The position numbers were made by a program, and so were the translations under genes. Positions 1 through 19,127 of a stretch of DNA of 64,000 nucleotides are shown piece by piece. The DNA comes from the human T2T-CHM13v2.0 reference genome, Homo sapiens, in the NCBI RefSeq assembly GCF_009914755.1, contig NC_060944.1, one strand, 5' to 3'. The notes beneath the pieces are model-generated. The model was not told where the DNA came from. It saw only the letters and a program-made list of their open reading frames with translations, and did no database searches. Within the stretch, counting starts at the first letter, position 1, and the number at the start of each line of letters is the position of its first letter.

Positions 1-53
1 CCCCGTGGTCTCGATCTCCTGACCTCGTGATCCGCCCACCTCGGCTTCCCAAA
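1..53 (-). mobile_element. Alu fragment (left arm)
   Basis: ggtctcgatctcctgacctcgtgatccgcccacctcggc is antisense Alu left arm. Confidence 0.85.
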
Positions 54-64
54 CCGCTGAAGGG

Positions 65-560
65 TTTTCATCAGGCCAATAATGTGATAAGATTTGTGGT
101 GCTTCAAGAAATCACTCTCACTACTGCACAAGGGAAACTAGACTGCAGAAGAGACACTAGACTGTGGAAGGGAAAGTAGAGTGAAGGCAGAGAGACCAGT
201 CAGAAGATTACAGCTCCCCAGGAGTAGGATGATGGCAGCTCAGACCAGGGCAGAAGCAGTGGATGTGGAAAGAGGATGGATGAATAGACTTGGTGAATTG
301 TCGGGTTTGTGTGCTAGGGCTGGGGGAAGGGAGTGGGCGTGAGGCAGCAGAGGAGTCGAGGATGCTTCCAAGGTTTCTAGTTTGGGCATCTTGGTGGTTG
401 GATAGCCAGTTTTTTGGTGGAAGGTGATGAATTAAATTTTGGACATGCTGAATTTGGACATGTGAGATGTTAAAATGAAGATATTGAACAGGGAGACGAG
501 ACGTGGGGCTACAGATAAAAATTTAGGAGCCACTAACCTAAAGATGACCAATAAAACCAT
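65..560 (-). mobile_element. L2 LINE fragment
   Basis: Diverged L2 motifs (caaggtttctagtttgggc, ttttggacatgctgaatttg). Confidence 0.65.
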
Positions 561-567
561 GGGAAGA

Positions 568-1130
<563 letters not shown>

Positions 1131-1476
1131 ACTTTTCTTCTTTTATCCTTCCTTCCTCACTCATCACATACATTTTTTTCTACCTTGGTTTCTAAAGCCT
1201 TCTACATTCGAGTACACCAGGCCTGTGTTCACCTGTTACCCAGGTGCTGAACCCAATGTAGTGCATGTCCAGATTGGAACCTGGCTGCCCCAGGCAAGGG
1301 TGCCACACACAGGAGAGTGAGTCATGTTGTGAAATGAACACTAGTCTTCAGGTCAAGTGGACCTTGATTCGAGTCTCATCTCTGCTTCCCACTTGCTTGG
1401 GATCTCAGGTAAATCAATGCACCTGCCAGGGCCTCAGGCATTCATCTGCAAAGTGAAGCATCAGGTGATTCTGCTC

Positions 1477-2246
<770 letters not shown>

Positions 2247-2864
2247 TACTCCTAGTATATTTTTTTCCTTTAAATCTGTAGAAAGTAAGAAAAAAAATCT
2301 CTCCAGAGAAAAGAACTGTGGAACGTTAATTATATTTTCATTTGTTGTTAGAAAACAGTTTTCTGACTCCTTGGAAATATGTGTTTTCTCTGTTAATTAT
2401 GATCTCCTTGTGGCAAGTAATCATTGCAGGTAAAAGCTCTTTCTCATTTAGAGAACAAACACAAAGGCAAGAGTTGGACCCTGCTACATCTGGGGAGAAG
2501 AGATTTGTGCTAAATTGGAAAATACAACCCTTTTCTCCCTTCTTTGTTCTCTGACACAATTTCTTTCTAGGGTGGGGGCATTACCGGGGGTGGGGAAAGT
2601 TTGCTTTCTCTGTTTCCGTTAAACTGGACCTCTAGAAATCATTTGCCTTCTCCTGATAGGGGCAGCGGTACACCTTTGCCTTCCTGCTTCAAGGACAATC
2701 CAGTGTCTGGGTGTGAGAGACTCTGATGGTCTCTCCATTTCATAAAATATCTTACCGGTCAACTCCCTTGAAGAAGTCATGCCTGTGGATGCTGGAAGTT
2801 AATAAAGGGCCCATGTCCAGGAGGTCCTGGTCACCAAAAACTCATGGCCAATCACGCTCCTTAA

Positions 2865-3545
2865 TATTTGCTCAAATGAGTTGAAAAGTTAGGTCCAGAC
2901 AAAATCCTATGCGTGGATGTTTACCGCAGCTTTATTCATAATTGCCAAAACTGGAAAGCAACCAAGATGTCCTTCAGTAGGTGAATGGATAAACAGCCTG
3001 TGGTATATCCCCATGATGGAGCATCACTCAGTGATTTTTTTTTTTTAAGCTATCAAGCCACAAAATGACATGGAAGAATCTTAAAGGCATATTGCTAAGT
3101 GAAAGAAACCATTCTGAAAAGGCTACATAGTCTGTGATTCCAATGATATGACATTCTGGAAAAGGCAAAACTATGGGGGGAGTAAAAAGATCAGTGGTTG
3201 CCAGGGGTTTGGAAGGAGGCAAGGAGGGATGAATAGGTGGAGCAGGGGCATTTTTAGGGCAGTGAAACTATTTTGTATGATGCTGTAATGGCAGGTACAT
3301 GACATTTGCCAAAGCACATAGAATGTGCCACACAGAGAGTGAACTCTAAACTGTAGGCTTTAGTTATTAATAATATATTAGTATTCATTCATCAAGTACA
3401 ACAAATGTACTACACTAATGCAATATATTAATAATAGGTCAACTGTTTGCAGGGTTCATGGGAGAAGGAGAGGGAATATATGGAAGTTCTCTGTACTTTC
3501 TGTTCACTTGTTCTGTAAACTTAAAACGTGTTCTAAAAAAAAAAA
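2865..3545 (+). mobile_element. Old L1M (L1MC/MD-like) 3' end
   Basis: gcagctttattcataattgccaaaactgg...caaccaagatgtccttcagtaggtgaatggataaac; ends in an A-rich tail. Confidence 0.85.
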
Positions 3546-3894
3546 CTCTTAAAAAACAACCAACCAAACAAACAAAGAAACAAAAACCCCTCACAGGTCA
3601 GTCACTTTGGGGAAGCTCCTGGGGTCTATAAGTGTGGGACCTCTTGGGATTTCCCTTGTGAGGCAGAAGGTACTAATACCTAATGCATCTCTTCACATCT
3701 GGGTGGCCTTATTTCAACCAGTGCCCACCCTGTCTAAAAGGTTATCAGCTTTGAGTGGAGCTGCAGGCAAAAAGAGGTCCTATAGCTGGTCCAACAGCTG
3801 TACAAGTGACCCCACCACTTGGCAGGCCTGGTGGCAGATCAGCATGCTGTTTGTAGTCTGGAAAATCTTAAGAATCCTAGCAGATGGTGCTAGG

Positions 3895-4317
3895 CAGTGA
3901 CCAGGATAAGGCAAGTGAGACGCTTGCCTGGGGCACGAAATTAAAGGGGTTAGCCAATAAGCTTTAGCCACCAAGATTTTACTATTTTACAAGATTTTCC
4001 TTAATATTACTATTTTAAGCAATGCTTTAAAAAACAATGCAAAAAATTCGTTGTAAACAAAATATCCAAACTTTAAGGTGGGATCCAACCCTGCGCTTGT
4101 GTAACTTGGCCACACTCATCTCACTCTTGTCTTGGCCCCATCACATCCTGCTTCAATGTACTATTTTGAGATTTTAGTCATCTTGGCATTAATTTTTATT
4201 TTAAAAATTATTTTGGCAAAATATTGTTTATCTTGATGACTGAGATTTTGAGCACCTTCCTTTAAATTTTTTGCTCAAGGCAAGTGCTTGACTCATTTCA
4301 CTCTAGTCCAGGTCCTG
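3895..4317. mobile_element. hAT-Tip100 non-autonomous DNA transposon (MER96B-like)
   Basis: Inverted ends (aggcaagtgagacgcttgcctgggg / aggcaagtgcttgactcatttcactctagtccaggtcctg) around an AT-rich core. Confidence 0.7.
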
Positions 4318-5317
4318 CCCCTATGCCTCTCAATGATCAGGTTAATATATTCATTCAGTAAATGTTAATTAAGTGTCTACCATGTAGGTACTTGGTAGAC
4401 AACATAACTTGCCCCATGGGTGTCCATCCTCCTCATTCCCTGGTCAGCCCATTGTTCAAGAGACTTACCACCATGTTGCCACAGCAGTATGCATGTATCC
4501 GACACTAAGACTTCCTGGGCTGTCCCCTCTGCTCAGTGCTGGATGTTCCAGCAGCAGATGTCTTCACCAAGTCCTCAATGAGGTGCCATAGCACACTGAG
4601 GGGATCTGGTGGCTGGTTGATTAATAGGTCCCCATTTGCTATGGAGGGGAAACAATTTGTTCTTACCAGAATAGACACATGTCCTGGATTTTCATTTCCA
4701 TTATGGCCTGGCAGCATCACCATCCATGAACTTGTGAAATGTGTCTTCATAGCCACAGTGTTCCCTTGGGCCACAGCAAGTGCAGTGAGGAAATGGGCTT
4801 GTGCTCACGGAATTTGCTATTTTTACCATGCAGACATGAAGTGGCTAGCTTAGTAGAAGGATGAAGTGGCCCACTGAAGACTCAGCTCTGCCACCTTTAA
4901 TGCTGGGCTACTCTTGTGCAGGACATAGTAGTATATGCTCTGAAGCAGCAACTAGTATCTGATGTGTTGTCTTCCATGACCAGAATACATAGATCCTCTC
5001 CCTTGACTCTGAGTTGCATCTACTCGGAGATCCTGAATTACACCAGAGACCACTGCTTGCCCAAGTCCTGTTTCTCTACCCAGCAGTCCAGCTTCCCAAG
5101 CTGCATTCCTGTATTGAGGGCACCTACCATTTCTCACTGTCTCCTCCTTCTGGCAGTGAGGCATATCCCCCAGACTTTTGGGAGTAGCTTGGACTCTAGC
5201 TTTAAGATGGAGGACACCAGAACCGGGACACTTCTGTTGACCTCATGGTGCTCATGCTTTCCCACTAGAGACTCTGACATCCAGATCCTCTATGTAGCCC
5301 CATAGTTTGCTCTGAGT

Positions 5318-5445
5318 ATGCTATGTACAGGAGTATAGGTTGTGCACTGCACAAGTCCATAGGACACCATTCAAATGGAATAGATATGAACAGTGCCCTT
5401 GGAGCTGTGCAATGCAGAAGGCTTGCCCGAGCAGTTAGGCTTAAG
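5318..5445. mobile_element. MER91C-like palindromic hAT MITE
   Basis: ggttgtgcactgcacaagtcca...tggagctgtgcaatgca imperfect palindrome. Confidence 0.55.
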
Positions 5446-5529
5446 GAACTTGCACCAACATATTGAAGGAAGGGGGCATGGCAAAGTGACACTGGTGCCT
5501 AAATTAATGTGGTGATAAAACAACAACGA

Positions 5530-5750
5530 CATTTATTTAATGTTTTGAAGCATTGTGCTTAGCCTTTTACATTGATCATCTCAGTTAATCCTTACAAGAG
5601 CTCTGTTAGGTAATATTAATATCATCCTCGTATTACAGATGGGGAAACTGAGACTCAGTGAGGTTGGGTAGCTTGCCAAGGACACACAGCTGGAAAGTGG
5701 TAGAGCCAGGATTTGAACCCAGGAAGGTTAACTCCCCAGCCTTTGCACAT
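5530..5750 (-). mobile_element. MIR
   Basis: acagatggggaaactgagactcag...ggatttgaacccagg. Confidence 0.85.
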
Positions 5751-6126
5751 GATCCAGCACTGGTTGTATTGCTGACTTCATTTCAAGACTGGGAGCTGGA
5801 TCCACTTCTCAGAAGAACCTAAGACCTTGCCAGGATCCTAAACACGTTATGGGGGAAAGAGATTTAGAACTAGGCAAATGTGGATCAAAGCCATGCTTCA
5901 CCATTTACCAATGCAACTTTGGCCTCATCCCATCATCTCTCTGAGCCTCCATTACCTGTTCCAATTTGCCTGTAATTGCTAGAAGGTATTGCACACTTAC
6001 TGGATGTCAGGCACAGCTAAGAACTTTAACCACATGACCTCCTTCAGCCCTTTCTGATAGGACCCTGGCCTGCAGGGACATCCACTTGAGAACATGTGTT
6101 AAAAGGACTTTCAAAGTATCACCATG

Positions 6127-6497
6127 TGATATGGTTTGGCTCTGTGTCACCACCCAAATCTCATCTCGAATTGTAATCCCCATGATCCCCACATGTTGAG
6201 GGAGGGACCTGTAGGAAGTGATTGGATCACAGGGATGGCTTCCCCCATGCTGTTCCAGTGATAGGAGGGAGTTCTCGCGAGAGCTGATGGTTTTAAAAGT
6301 GCTTGGAAGTTCCCCCTTTGAAGCATTCTCTCTCCTGCCGCCATGTGAAGAAGGTGCTTGCTTCCCCTTCTGCCATGATTGTAAGTTTCCTGAGGCCTCC
6401 CCAGCCATGGGAAACTGTGAGTCAGTTAAACCTCTTACCTTTATAAATTACCCAGTTTTGGGTATTTCTTTATACAGTGTGAAAACAGACTAATACA
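6127..6497 (+). mobile_element. MaLR solo LTR (THE1D-like)
   Basis: tgatatggtttggctctgtgtc...gactaataca; TSD ccatg/ccatt. Confidence 0.9.
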
Positions 6498-6900
6498 CCA
6501 TTCCATGCACACATGTTCGTTGGCAAGAGTGACAGTTGCTGAGTCTACTGAGCCCTGACTTACACGAGGTGTTCTGCTAAGTGGTTACATGCAGCATCTT
6601 GGTTACCCTTGCAGTTACTGCCACTTTCAGAGGCATCTGAACTGAGGCTCAAAGATGTGAAATAACATTCTGTGGGCCACAAAGCTAACAGGTGGTGGGG
6701 CTGGTTTTTTTTTAACTGAGTCAGGCTTATTGCAAAGCCCATGCTCTTAAGTGTTGCTACCCAAAGGCCTCTCTGGATGGTCTTTCCTCACGGGGCCCCT
6801 TCTCAAATGCTGGAGATTAATTTAAATGCCAATTTGATAGGTGAATGATGGTATCTCAATATTTTAATCTGTGTAATGTAGATTTCCAATGGTATTAACT

Positions 6901-7137
<237 letters not shown>

Positions 7138-7320
7138 TAGCAATTAACTACTTCTTCTTCTTTTTTTTTTTTTTTAAAGCGAAATCAAGTTTATTAAGAA
7201 AGTAAAAGAATAAAGGAATGGCTACTCCATAGGCAGGGTAGCCTCGAGGGCTGCTGGTTGGTTATTTTTATGGTTATTTCTTGATCATATGCTAAATAAG
7301 AGGTGAATTATTCATGAGTT

Positions 7321-7350
7321 TTCCGGGAAAGGGGCAGGCAATTCCTGGAA
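7321..7350. promoter_or_regulatory. Tandem GAS (STAT1-type) motifs in MER41 U3
   Basis: TTCCGGGAA 7321-7329 and TTCCTGGAA 7342-7350; MER41B is known to carry tandem GAS sites. Confidence 0.7.
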
Positions 7351-7619
7351 CCGAGGATTACTCCTCTTTTTAGACCATATAGGGTAACTTTTGGATGTTG
7401 CCATGGCATTTGTAAACTGTCATGGTGTTGGTGGGAGTGTCTTTTAGCATGCTAATATATTATAATTTGCATATAATGAGCAGTGAGGATGACCAGAGGC
7501 CACTTTCATCCCCCTCTTGCTTTTGGTGGGTTTCAGCTAGTTCTTTACCACATCCTGTTTATCAGCCGCTCTTTGTGGCCTGTATCTTGTGCCAACCTCC
7601 TATCTCATCCTGTGACTAA

Positions 7620-8036
<417 letters not shown>

Positions 8037-8444
8037 ATTGCAAGGGGATTCTTAATCCTAAGGGTTGCAGAGGGACGAAGGTACATCTTCTGCAGCTTCT
8101 TTAGGCTGAATAGGGGCCACGATATTCCTGCTTAACTATTAGGGTCTCTCGTCTCCAGGGTAGAGAGGCGCTCAGTCAGACAGCATTGGTATGCTGAGGG
8201 CCATTCATAACTCCAAAATTTCAACAAAAGGTGATATCCAAAGTCGACCAATTGGTGCTGCAGTCTATTTCCTTTGGGTCAGGGTTCTCTCCAGTATTGT
8301 CCCTTTGAGGTTTGCTAGGAAGAGGTTACTGGAAAGGGATTCTGATCTAGACTCCAAAGGAGGGTTCCTGGATCTGGTGCAAGAAAGAATTCAGGGTGAG
8401 TCCACAGAGGAAAACGAAAGCAAGTTTATTAAGAAAGTAAAGGA

Positions 8445-8754
<310 letters not shown>

Positions 8755-9138
8755 CTACTCTGTAGGCAGAGCAGCCATGATTAACTTCATAATGCCTTTT
8801 GGTCATTCCTATTTTAACTCCTGTGGATTGCAAGGTCGTGTCTTTTGTCCATTTAAAAAACGGGAGTAGGGTGTTGTCCTCTTCATATTGATGGAGAAGA
8901 AATTTTAGATCTTATGTTCTTCATTATATGACAAATAGTATTTTTTGAATTTTAATTTTGTTTGTGGTGCTTCCTGATACACAGAAGGTAGGCAGATGAC
9001 TATAGTCAATATATCAGTTTTTCTTTTTTGAGTCTTTCCTTTTGTCTTTTTCTCCTCTTGCTTGAAAAGTCATACTTCTCTTGATATCAGAAAAAATATT
9101 AATCTATATTTTATCCTAGTTTTTCATGGCTTCATTAA

Positions 9139-11537
<2,399 letters not shown>

Positions 11538-11619
11538 CTGCATATATCTTAAACATTTTATTTGTAGGTTAAAAAAATTAATCAATCAATCAATCATTTA
11601 TCAATCTATCATCTGTCAA

Positions 11620-11810
11620 CTGGGATCATCTCCCAGGAGACATTTGACAATCTCTGGGCATATTTTTAGTTGTCACAACTGGAAACTAGCTATTGGCATC
11701 TGTTGGGTAGAGGCCAGGGATGCTGCTGTACATTGTACAATGCCCAGGGCAGCCCCTACACACAAAAATTATTAGTGTCAGATGTCAGTAGTGCTTACAT
11801 TAAGCACCTG
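11620..11810 (+). mobile_element. MER20 (hAT-Charlie)
   Basis: gacatttgacaatctctgg...ggtagaggccagggatgctgct. Confidence 0.85.
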
Positions 11811-11816
11811 TCATCT

Positions 11817-12133
<317 letters not shown>

Positions 12134-12665
12134 CTATCTATATTGTGAGTGAAGTCTTTTCCCCACGGATTGTCCTACTGACATAGCTATCTTGGTCAGT
12201 AACAGAGGAGATCTGTTAAGCGTGTGAGGGGTTGGTCCATGTTCTCTGGGTGTTTGCTCCAAGCCCTGGGAGGAGCAGCCTCCTTTGAGAGGCAGCATCC
12301 CTTGACTTCCACAGAGCCCAAGAACACGATGGTGTGTGGCCCTTGACCGTGGCTCCGCCTCTTACAGGTCTCTTAGAGAGACTAGGTGTCCCAGAGGAGG
12401 TGTCTTCTGGGGAGAGACCAAGAAGGGCTGAAAGAAAATCCATGATTCCATTTAAATAAATGTCAAGAACTGGCAAAACTCACATCTGGTGATGGAAATC
12501 AGAGGTGTGGTTGCTGGGGTTGGGGAGAGGATTGAGTGGAAAGGCTGCAAGGGAAGTTTTGGGGATTATTTCTGGCACAATGAGCCTGGGTGATGGAGAG
12601 TGTTTTTCCCCAGGACTTTTTATTCTTTAAAGAAGGCACAATTATAGCTGCAGTAACCCCCCCTC

Positions 12666-12970
12666 TTTTTTTTTGAGACAGGGTCTCGCCCTGTTGCCCA
12701 GGCTGGAGTGCAGTGGTGCAATCACAGTTCACTACAGCGTCAGTCTCCTGGGCTCAAGTGACCCTTCTGCCTTAGCCTCCTGAGTAGCTGGGACTACAGG
12801 CATGTGCCACCACGCTTGGCTAATTTTTTTATTATTATTTATTTTTGGTAAAGACAGCGTCTCACTATGTTGCCCAGGCTGGTCTCCAACTCCCGGGCTC
12901 AAGTGATCCTCCTGCCTTGGCCTCCCAAAGTGCTGGGATTAATTACAGTTGTGAGCCACTGTGCCCGGCC
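12666..12970 (-). mobile_element. AluJ
   Basis: gagacagggtctcgccctgttgcccagg...ctcctgggctcaag. Confidence 0.93.
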
Positions 12971-13119
12971 ATCAGAAGCCCCTTGATATCCTGCTCTGGC
13001 CCCAGCTCATTCCCCTTTCTGTCTCCCCAGAGGCAGCCAATGTCCAGAAATTGATAAGTTATCTTTCACATCCATGTTTTTGTATTTTTTCAAGCAGCGT
13101 AGTTTGGTGTGTTTTTTTT

Positions 13120-14410
13120 TCAATTTTTTTATTGCAGTAAAATATACATAACATAAAATTTACCATCTTAACCATTTTAGTATATTAAGTACATTAATTT
13201 AATTACTCACCTAATTAAGTAATTAAATAATTTGGTATATGAAGTCCATTTAGCATATTAAGTACAGCGATATTAAGTATATTCATATTGCTGTGCAACC
13301 ATTACCACCATCCACCTCCGGAAGTCCTTTCATCTTGCAAAACTGAAACTCAGTACTCATTAAGGAATGACACTTCCATTCCCCCAGCTCCTGACAACCA
13401 CCATTCTACTTTCTGTTTTTATGAATTTTGCTATTCTAGAGACTTCATGTAAGTGGAATCATATAGTATTTGTCTTTTTGTGTTTGGTTTATTTCACTTA
13501 GCTTAATGTCCTCAAGATTTATCCATATTGTAGCATGTGTCAGAATTTCTTTCCTTTTTAAGGCTGGATAATATTCCATTTTTGTGTGTGTATGTAGATA
13601 CACACACACCACACACACACATACATATGCACACATACATACGGTACCACATTTTGTTTATCCACTCTTTCATCAATGGACACTCGGGTTTCTTCTACCT
13701 TTTGGCTATTGTGAATAATGCTGCTGTGAACATGGGTGTACAAATACCTCTTTGGGACACGGCTTTGAATTCTGGGTATATATCCAGAAGTCTAATTGCT
13801 AGATCATATGTAATTTTATGCAGAACTGCCATATTGTTTTCTACAGTGGCTGTATCATTTTACATTCCTACCAACAGTGTACAAAAGCTCTGATTTCTCT
13901 GTATCCTTACCAACACTTGTTTTCTCTCTCTCTCTCTTTTTTCTTTTTTTGAGACGGAGTCTTGCTCTGTTGGCCAGGCTGGAGTGCAATGACATGATCT
14001 TGGCTCACTGCAACCTCTGCCTCCCAGGTTCGAAGTTTCAAGTGATTCTCCTGCCTCAGCTTCCCGAGTAGCTGGGATTACAGGCACACACCACCATGCC
14101 TGGCTAAATTTTGTATTTTTAGTAGAGACGGGGTTTCACCATATTGGCCAGGCTGGTCTTGAACCCCTGACCTCAGGTGAAGTGCTGGGATTACAAGTGT
14201 GAGCCACCGCACCTGGCCTCTCTCCCCTTTATTAATAGTAGCTATCCTAATGGGTGTGAGGTGGTATCTCTTGTTTTCAATTTGCACTTCCCTAATGATT
14301 AGTGATGTTGAGCATCTTTTCATAGGCTTATTGGCCATTTGTATATCTTCTTTGGACAAATGTCTACTCAAGTCCTTTGTCTGTTTTTGATTTGGGTTGT
14401 GTGTTTTTGT
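13120..14410 (-). mobile_element. L1MB/MA-type 3' end, interrupted by Alu 13937-14217
   Basis: Minus-strand ORFs read L1 ORF2 C-terminus ([29 protein letters not shown]; EYYPALKRKEILTHATIWINLEDI). Confidence 0.9.
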
Positions 14411-14435
14411 TGCTTACTGAGTAGTGTGTTTTTAA

Positions 14436-14816
<381 letters not shown>

Positions 14817-15867
14817 TAATTTATTTTAACTGCTGTATAATACTCTACTGTGTTGCATACTTCTCTTCTCCAATCTTCTATTATTGGACATTTAGGTGGT
14901 TTCCAATTGTTCAGTATGACACTGCTTCAGTGAACATCACTACTTGTTTGTGTATATTTATTTTTTATACAGTCATAATATTGTTTTTCAGTTGGTTCTC
15001 TTGTGTTCTCTAGAAAGACAATATTATCACAAACTGAAAATAATACTTTTGTTGCTTTCTTTCCTGTAGTTATGATTCACATCTATTTCTGGTCTGGTAC
15101 ATTGCTTAGAAATTTCAGAACAGTAGTAAACAGCAGTGGGAACAGTGACTATCCTTGTTTTGTTCTTGACATTAATGAAGTTGCCTCCTGAATTTCACTG
15201 TTAAGGATGACTTTGGCATTTGGTTTGAAATGTTAATTTTTATTTATCATCTTGAGGTATTATTTTTCATTTGAATTTATTAAATGAATTTTATAGACTA
15301 ATTTAAATATTATTATAGTTTTTTTCTTCTACAAATTGTTATAGTAATAGACTTCTAATATTGAAACAACCTTGGAGTTTTTTGATGTATTATTCTCCCA
15401 GTCTATTGCAGGATTATGTTTGCTTGTATCTTTTTAGTATTTTTGTATGTATAACATATTAAGAGTGATTGGCCTGTTTTTGTTGTTGTTGACTATCTTT
15501 TAAGTCACAGTTACAAGGTTTTGTCTTTCCTAATAGGACATTATTGAGATATCATTTACATAAACTACACACACCTTAAGTGTACAGCTTGATGAATTCT
15601 GACAAATATGTATACCTCAGTCACCATCATCTAGATCAAGATATAGCACATTTTCATGGTCCCAGAACATTTCCTCATGGCCCCTCCAGTCAATCTTCGA
15701 TCCACACCCCAGCAACCACTTCCCTGATTTCTATCACCAGAGATTAGTTGGGTCTGTCCTGTCCTTGAACTTGTCCTATATATGATCATATAGTTTGTAT
15801 TCCTCAGTATCTGGTTTCTTTCATTCAACATAAAGTTTTTATTAAAAAATTAAAAAAAGTTTTTTAA

Positions 15868-16025
15868 ATTTGTTTTTTGGAGATGGAGTCTTGCTATGTT
15901 GCCCAACCTGGAGTGCAGTGGCTATTCACAGACGTGATCATAACTCACTGCAGCCTCAAACTTCTGGGCTTAAGTGATCCTCCAGCCTCAGCCTCCTGAG
16001 TAGTTGGGACTACACGGTGCCTGGC
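15868..16025 (-). mobile_element. FAM-like fossil Alu monomer
   Basis: Retains the 7SL/FAM segment gtggctattcacag, which dimeric Alus lack. Confidence 0.7.
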
Positions 16026-16104
16026 TGCATAATGTTTTTGAGATTCATTGAAAATATTATATCAATTGTTTTGCTAGCTTTGTAAAATGAACTGATAAGA
16101 TTTA

Positions 16105-16299
<195 letters not shown>

Positions 16300-16626
16300 T
16301 CATGCCCTGAAAGAGCTAATGTTACAAAATTTATTTGTTTTGTGAAAGGTGAGGTAACTCACCTGTGAAATCATCTGAGGCTATAACCATTTTAGGAGGC
16401 AATACTTTAAGAACTTTCTTTAAACTTTTCCTTTATTATTGTTCTATTCAGATAGTCTAGTTTTTGTTGAAGCAATTTTTAAAGCAATTTTTTAATGTTA
16501 TGTTTTCCCAGAAAATAATCCATTTCATTGCAGTTTTGAAATTATAAGCATATAATTGTAGGTAGAGTCCTCTTAGAGTTTTAAAACCTATAGTTTCCCT
16601 TTTGGCATTTATAACATTTATTCGTG

Positions 16627-16936
16627 TTTTTTCCTTTTTCTTTTTTTTTTTTTTTTTGAGACAAAGTCTCGCTCTGTCACCCAGGCTGGAGTGCAATGGC
16701 GCAATCTCAGCTTACTGCAATCTCTACCTTCTGGGTTCAAGAGATTCTCTGCCTCAGCCTCCCAAGTAGGTGGGACTAGAAGTGCACCACCATGCCTGGC
16801 TAAGTGTTGTATTTTTTGTAGAGATAGAGTTTCGCCATGTTGGCCAGGCTGGTCTGGAATTCCTGGCCTCAAGTGATCCACCCGCCTCGTCCTCCCAAAG
16901 TGCTGGGATTACAGATGTGAGCCACCATGACTGGCC
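16627..16936 (-). mobile_element. AluS
   Basis: Antisense dimer. Confidence 0.93.
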
Positions 16937-17949
16937 TGTTTGTGTTTCTTCTAAAGGTAGAAGCAAAGCTGTTTCATGAACCAACTCTAAAATTTATTTA
17001 TTAATCCTACTGTCTTTCTGACTGTTAAGGTTACTAATCAATAATATTTGCTTTTAACTGTTTTACTGCTTTCTTCCCCTGGTTATTTTGATGTTTTATT
17101 AAAACCAAATTACTTAAATGAAAGTTTATTTTACCTATTTTTATTCTTTTCTGATTAGCCATAAAGGCCATTTAAGGCTACAAATTTGCCTATGAATCAG
17201 CTTTGTCTCATCCCATGAGATTTCTTATATGTTTTCTCTTTTCCATTGTTTTTAACTAGTCTGTTTGCCGCTTTGATTTTTGCTCTTTAGCTCAAATGTT
17301 ATCCAGGAGAGCACTTAAAAATATCTAAGTGATTGGGTTGTTTAATTTGTGTGATAGGAAAGAAGTGTTTATTATTTAGAATTCTCCATGGCTTCCTAGG
17401 GAGGGTGGTTCCCATCTCTTTAGCATCGTTTGTGTTATACACAGCAGTGACAGATGTAGGTGTAGAAGCTTTAGGGGAGCTCAGTCTGAGTCCAATTACT
17501 CAGCATAAAAAAGGGTGCAAGATGGATGCCTTTTCAGAGCTATCAGGGAGATGTGAGAGGGGAAGGGTGCAGATGACTTGTGACTAAGACACGGGAAACT
17601 CACAGAATTTCCCGTGTAATTCTGTGACCCAAAAGTAAATGGGTCCAGTTGGAAGTTGGAATGTGGGTAGGAAGGGAGCTGGCTGAGAGTTAATTTTGGA
17701 ATAGCATATTGGAATGAGCAAGATTTAACTGCTTTACTTGTATAGACTCTAACCTGTAGACAGTGAGGAATCATTTGGGATTTCTTGCATGCAAGTGACG
17801 TGATTGAGATTTATTCTCAATGTTAAGATCCCATTCACCTCCCAGAATGCTGGTAGCCAGGCAGAAGATGGAAAGATTCTTTTTTGGAGCATATGACAAG
17901 CCCAGGAGTAGAGCCCTAAAGACACTGACATTGGAGTCTTCTCAACAAA

Positions 17950-18600
17950 ATGTCCTGTTCAGATCTCCTTGTATGACTCTTTGTTGAAAAGCTCAGAGGT
18001 CCCAATCAATTTTTAGTGTCTCAGTGTTTAATATGAGCAGAAAACCAAAGGTCACTTGACATTTAAGTAAAGCCTCTACCATGAAGGACAGAGACAAACA
18101 AATAAGCAAAGAAAAGAAGCAACCTAGAGGAGTTAGACGATGCAGGGAGAAGAAATCTTAAAAGCGTTAACATTCTCAGAGATACAACACAAGATAGAAA
18201 GATATGGCATTCATGAAACAAGTAAGGAATGCTGATGAAAAGAACACACAGAATTCAGAGAACAATAAAACACCAGAAACTCAAAGAAATTAAAAGCAAA
18301 AAATGCTCAAACGTGAACAATTTACCAGAAGGATTGAATGATAAAGTTGAGTCAATATTTCAAAAAGAAAGTGATATCTACAAAAAAATGGAAAACAGAA
18401 GAGAAAAAGATAAGAAAAACTAGAGAAACAGACTAGGGCGTCCAACATCCAAAAAACAGGAATTTAAGAGTGAAAGGGTACAGAAAATGAAAGGGCAAAC
18501 ATCATCAAAGAAATAATTTAAGGAAAATTTCTAGAACTGAAGGATGTGGAATTCTAGATTGATTGAGACCCATCATAATGCTCAATAAAACAGACCTGCA
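17950..18600 (+). mobile_element. HAL1 or old L1 ORF1-like fragment
   Basis: A-rich; ORF 18229-18423 (EGLNDKVESIFQK...MENRREK) is followed by an SNIQKTG-like segment and ggaaaatttctagaactgaagg, as in the ORF1 coiled-coil/RRM start. Confidence 0.65.
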
Positions 18601-18698
18601 CCTTTGAAAAGAGAGGTTTTTTTTTAAAGAATTATGCATCTGAAATTTCTGTTTTACTTAGAAGATAATTAGTGCTAAAATTGAAGAATACAAGTTAA

Positions 18699-19127
<429 letters not shown>

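Larger units (their letters stand above)
2590..5230 (+). mobile_element. Decayed ERVL-class internal pol (RT, RNase H linker, integrase), split by later insertions
   Basis: ~2633-2700 reads K-S-FAFS**GQRYTFAFLLQG (ERVL QFAFSWQGQQYTFTVLPQG). ORF 4536-4853 has KQFVLTRIDT...VRKWACAHGI (ERVL integrase RFVLTGIDT...VRQWAHAHGI). Compared with remembered HERVL consensus. Confidence 0.75.
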
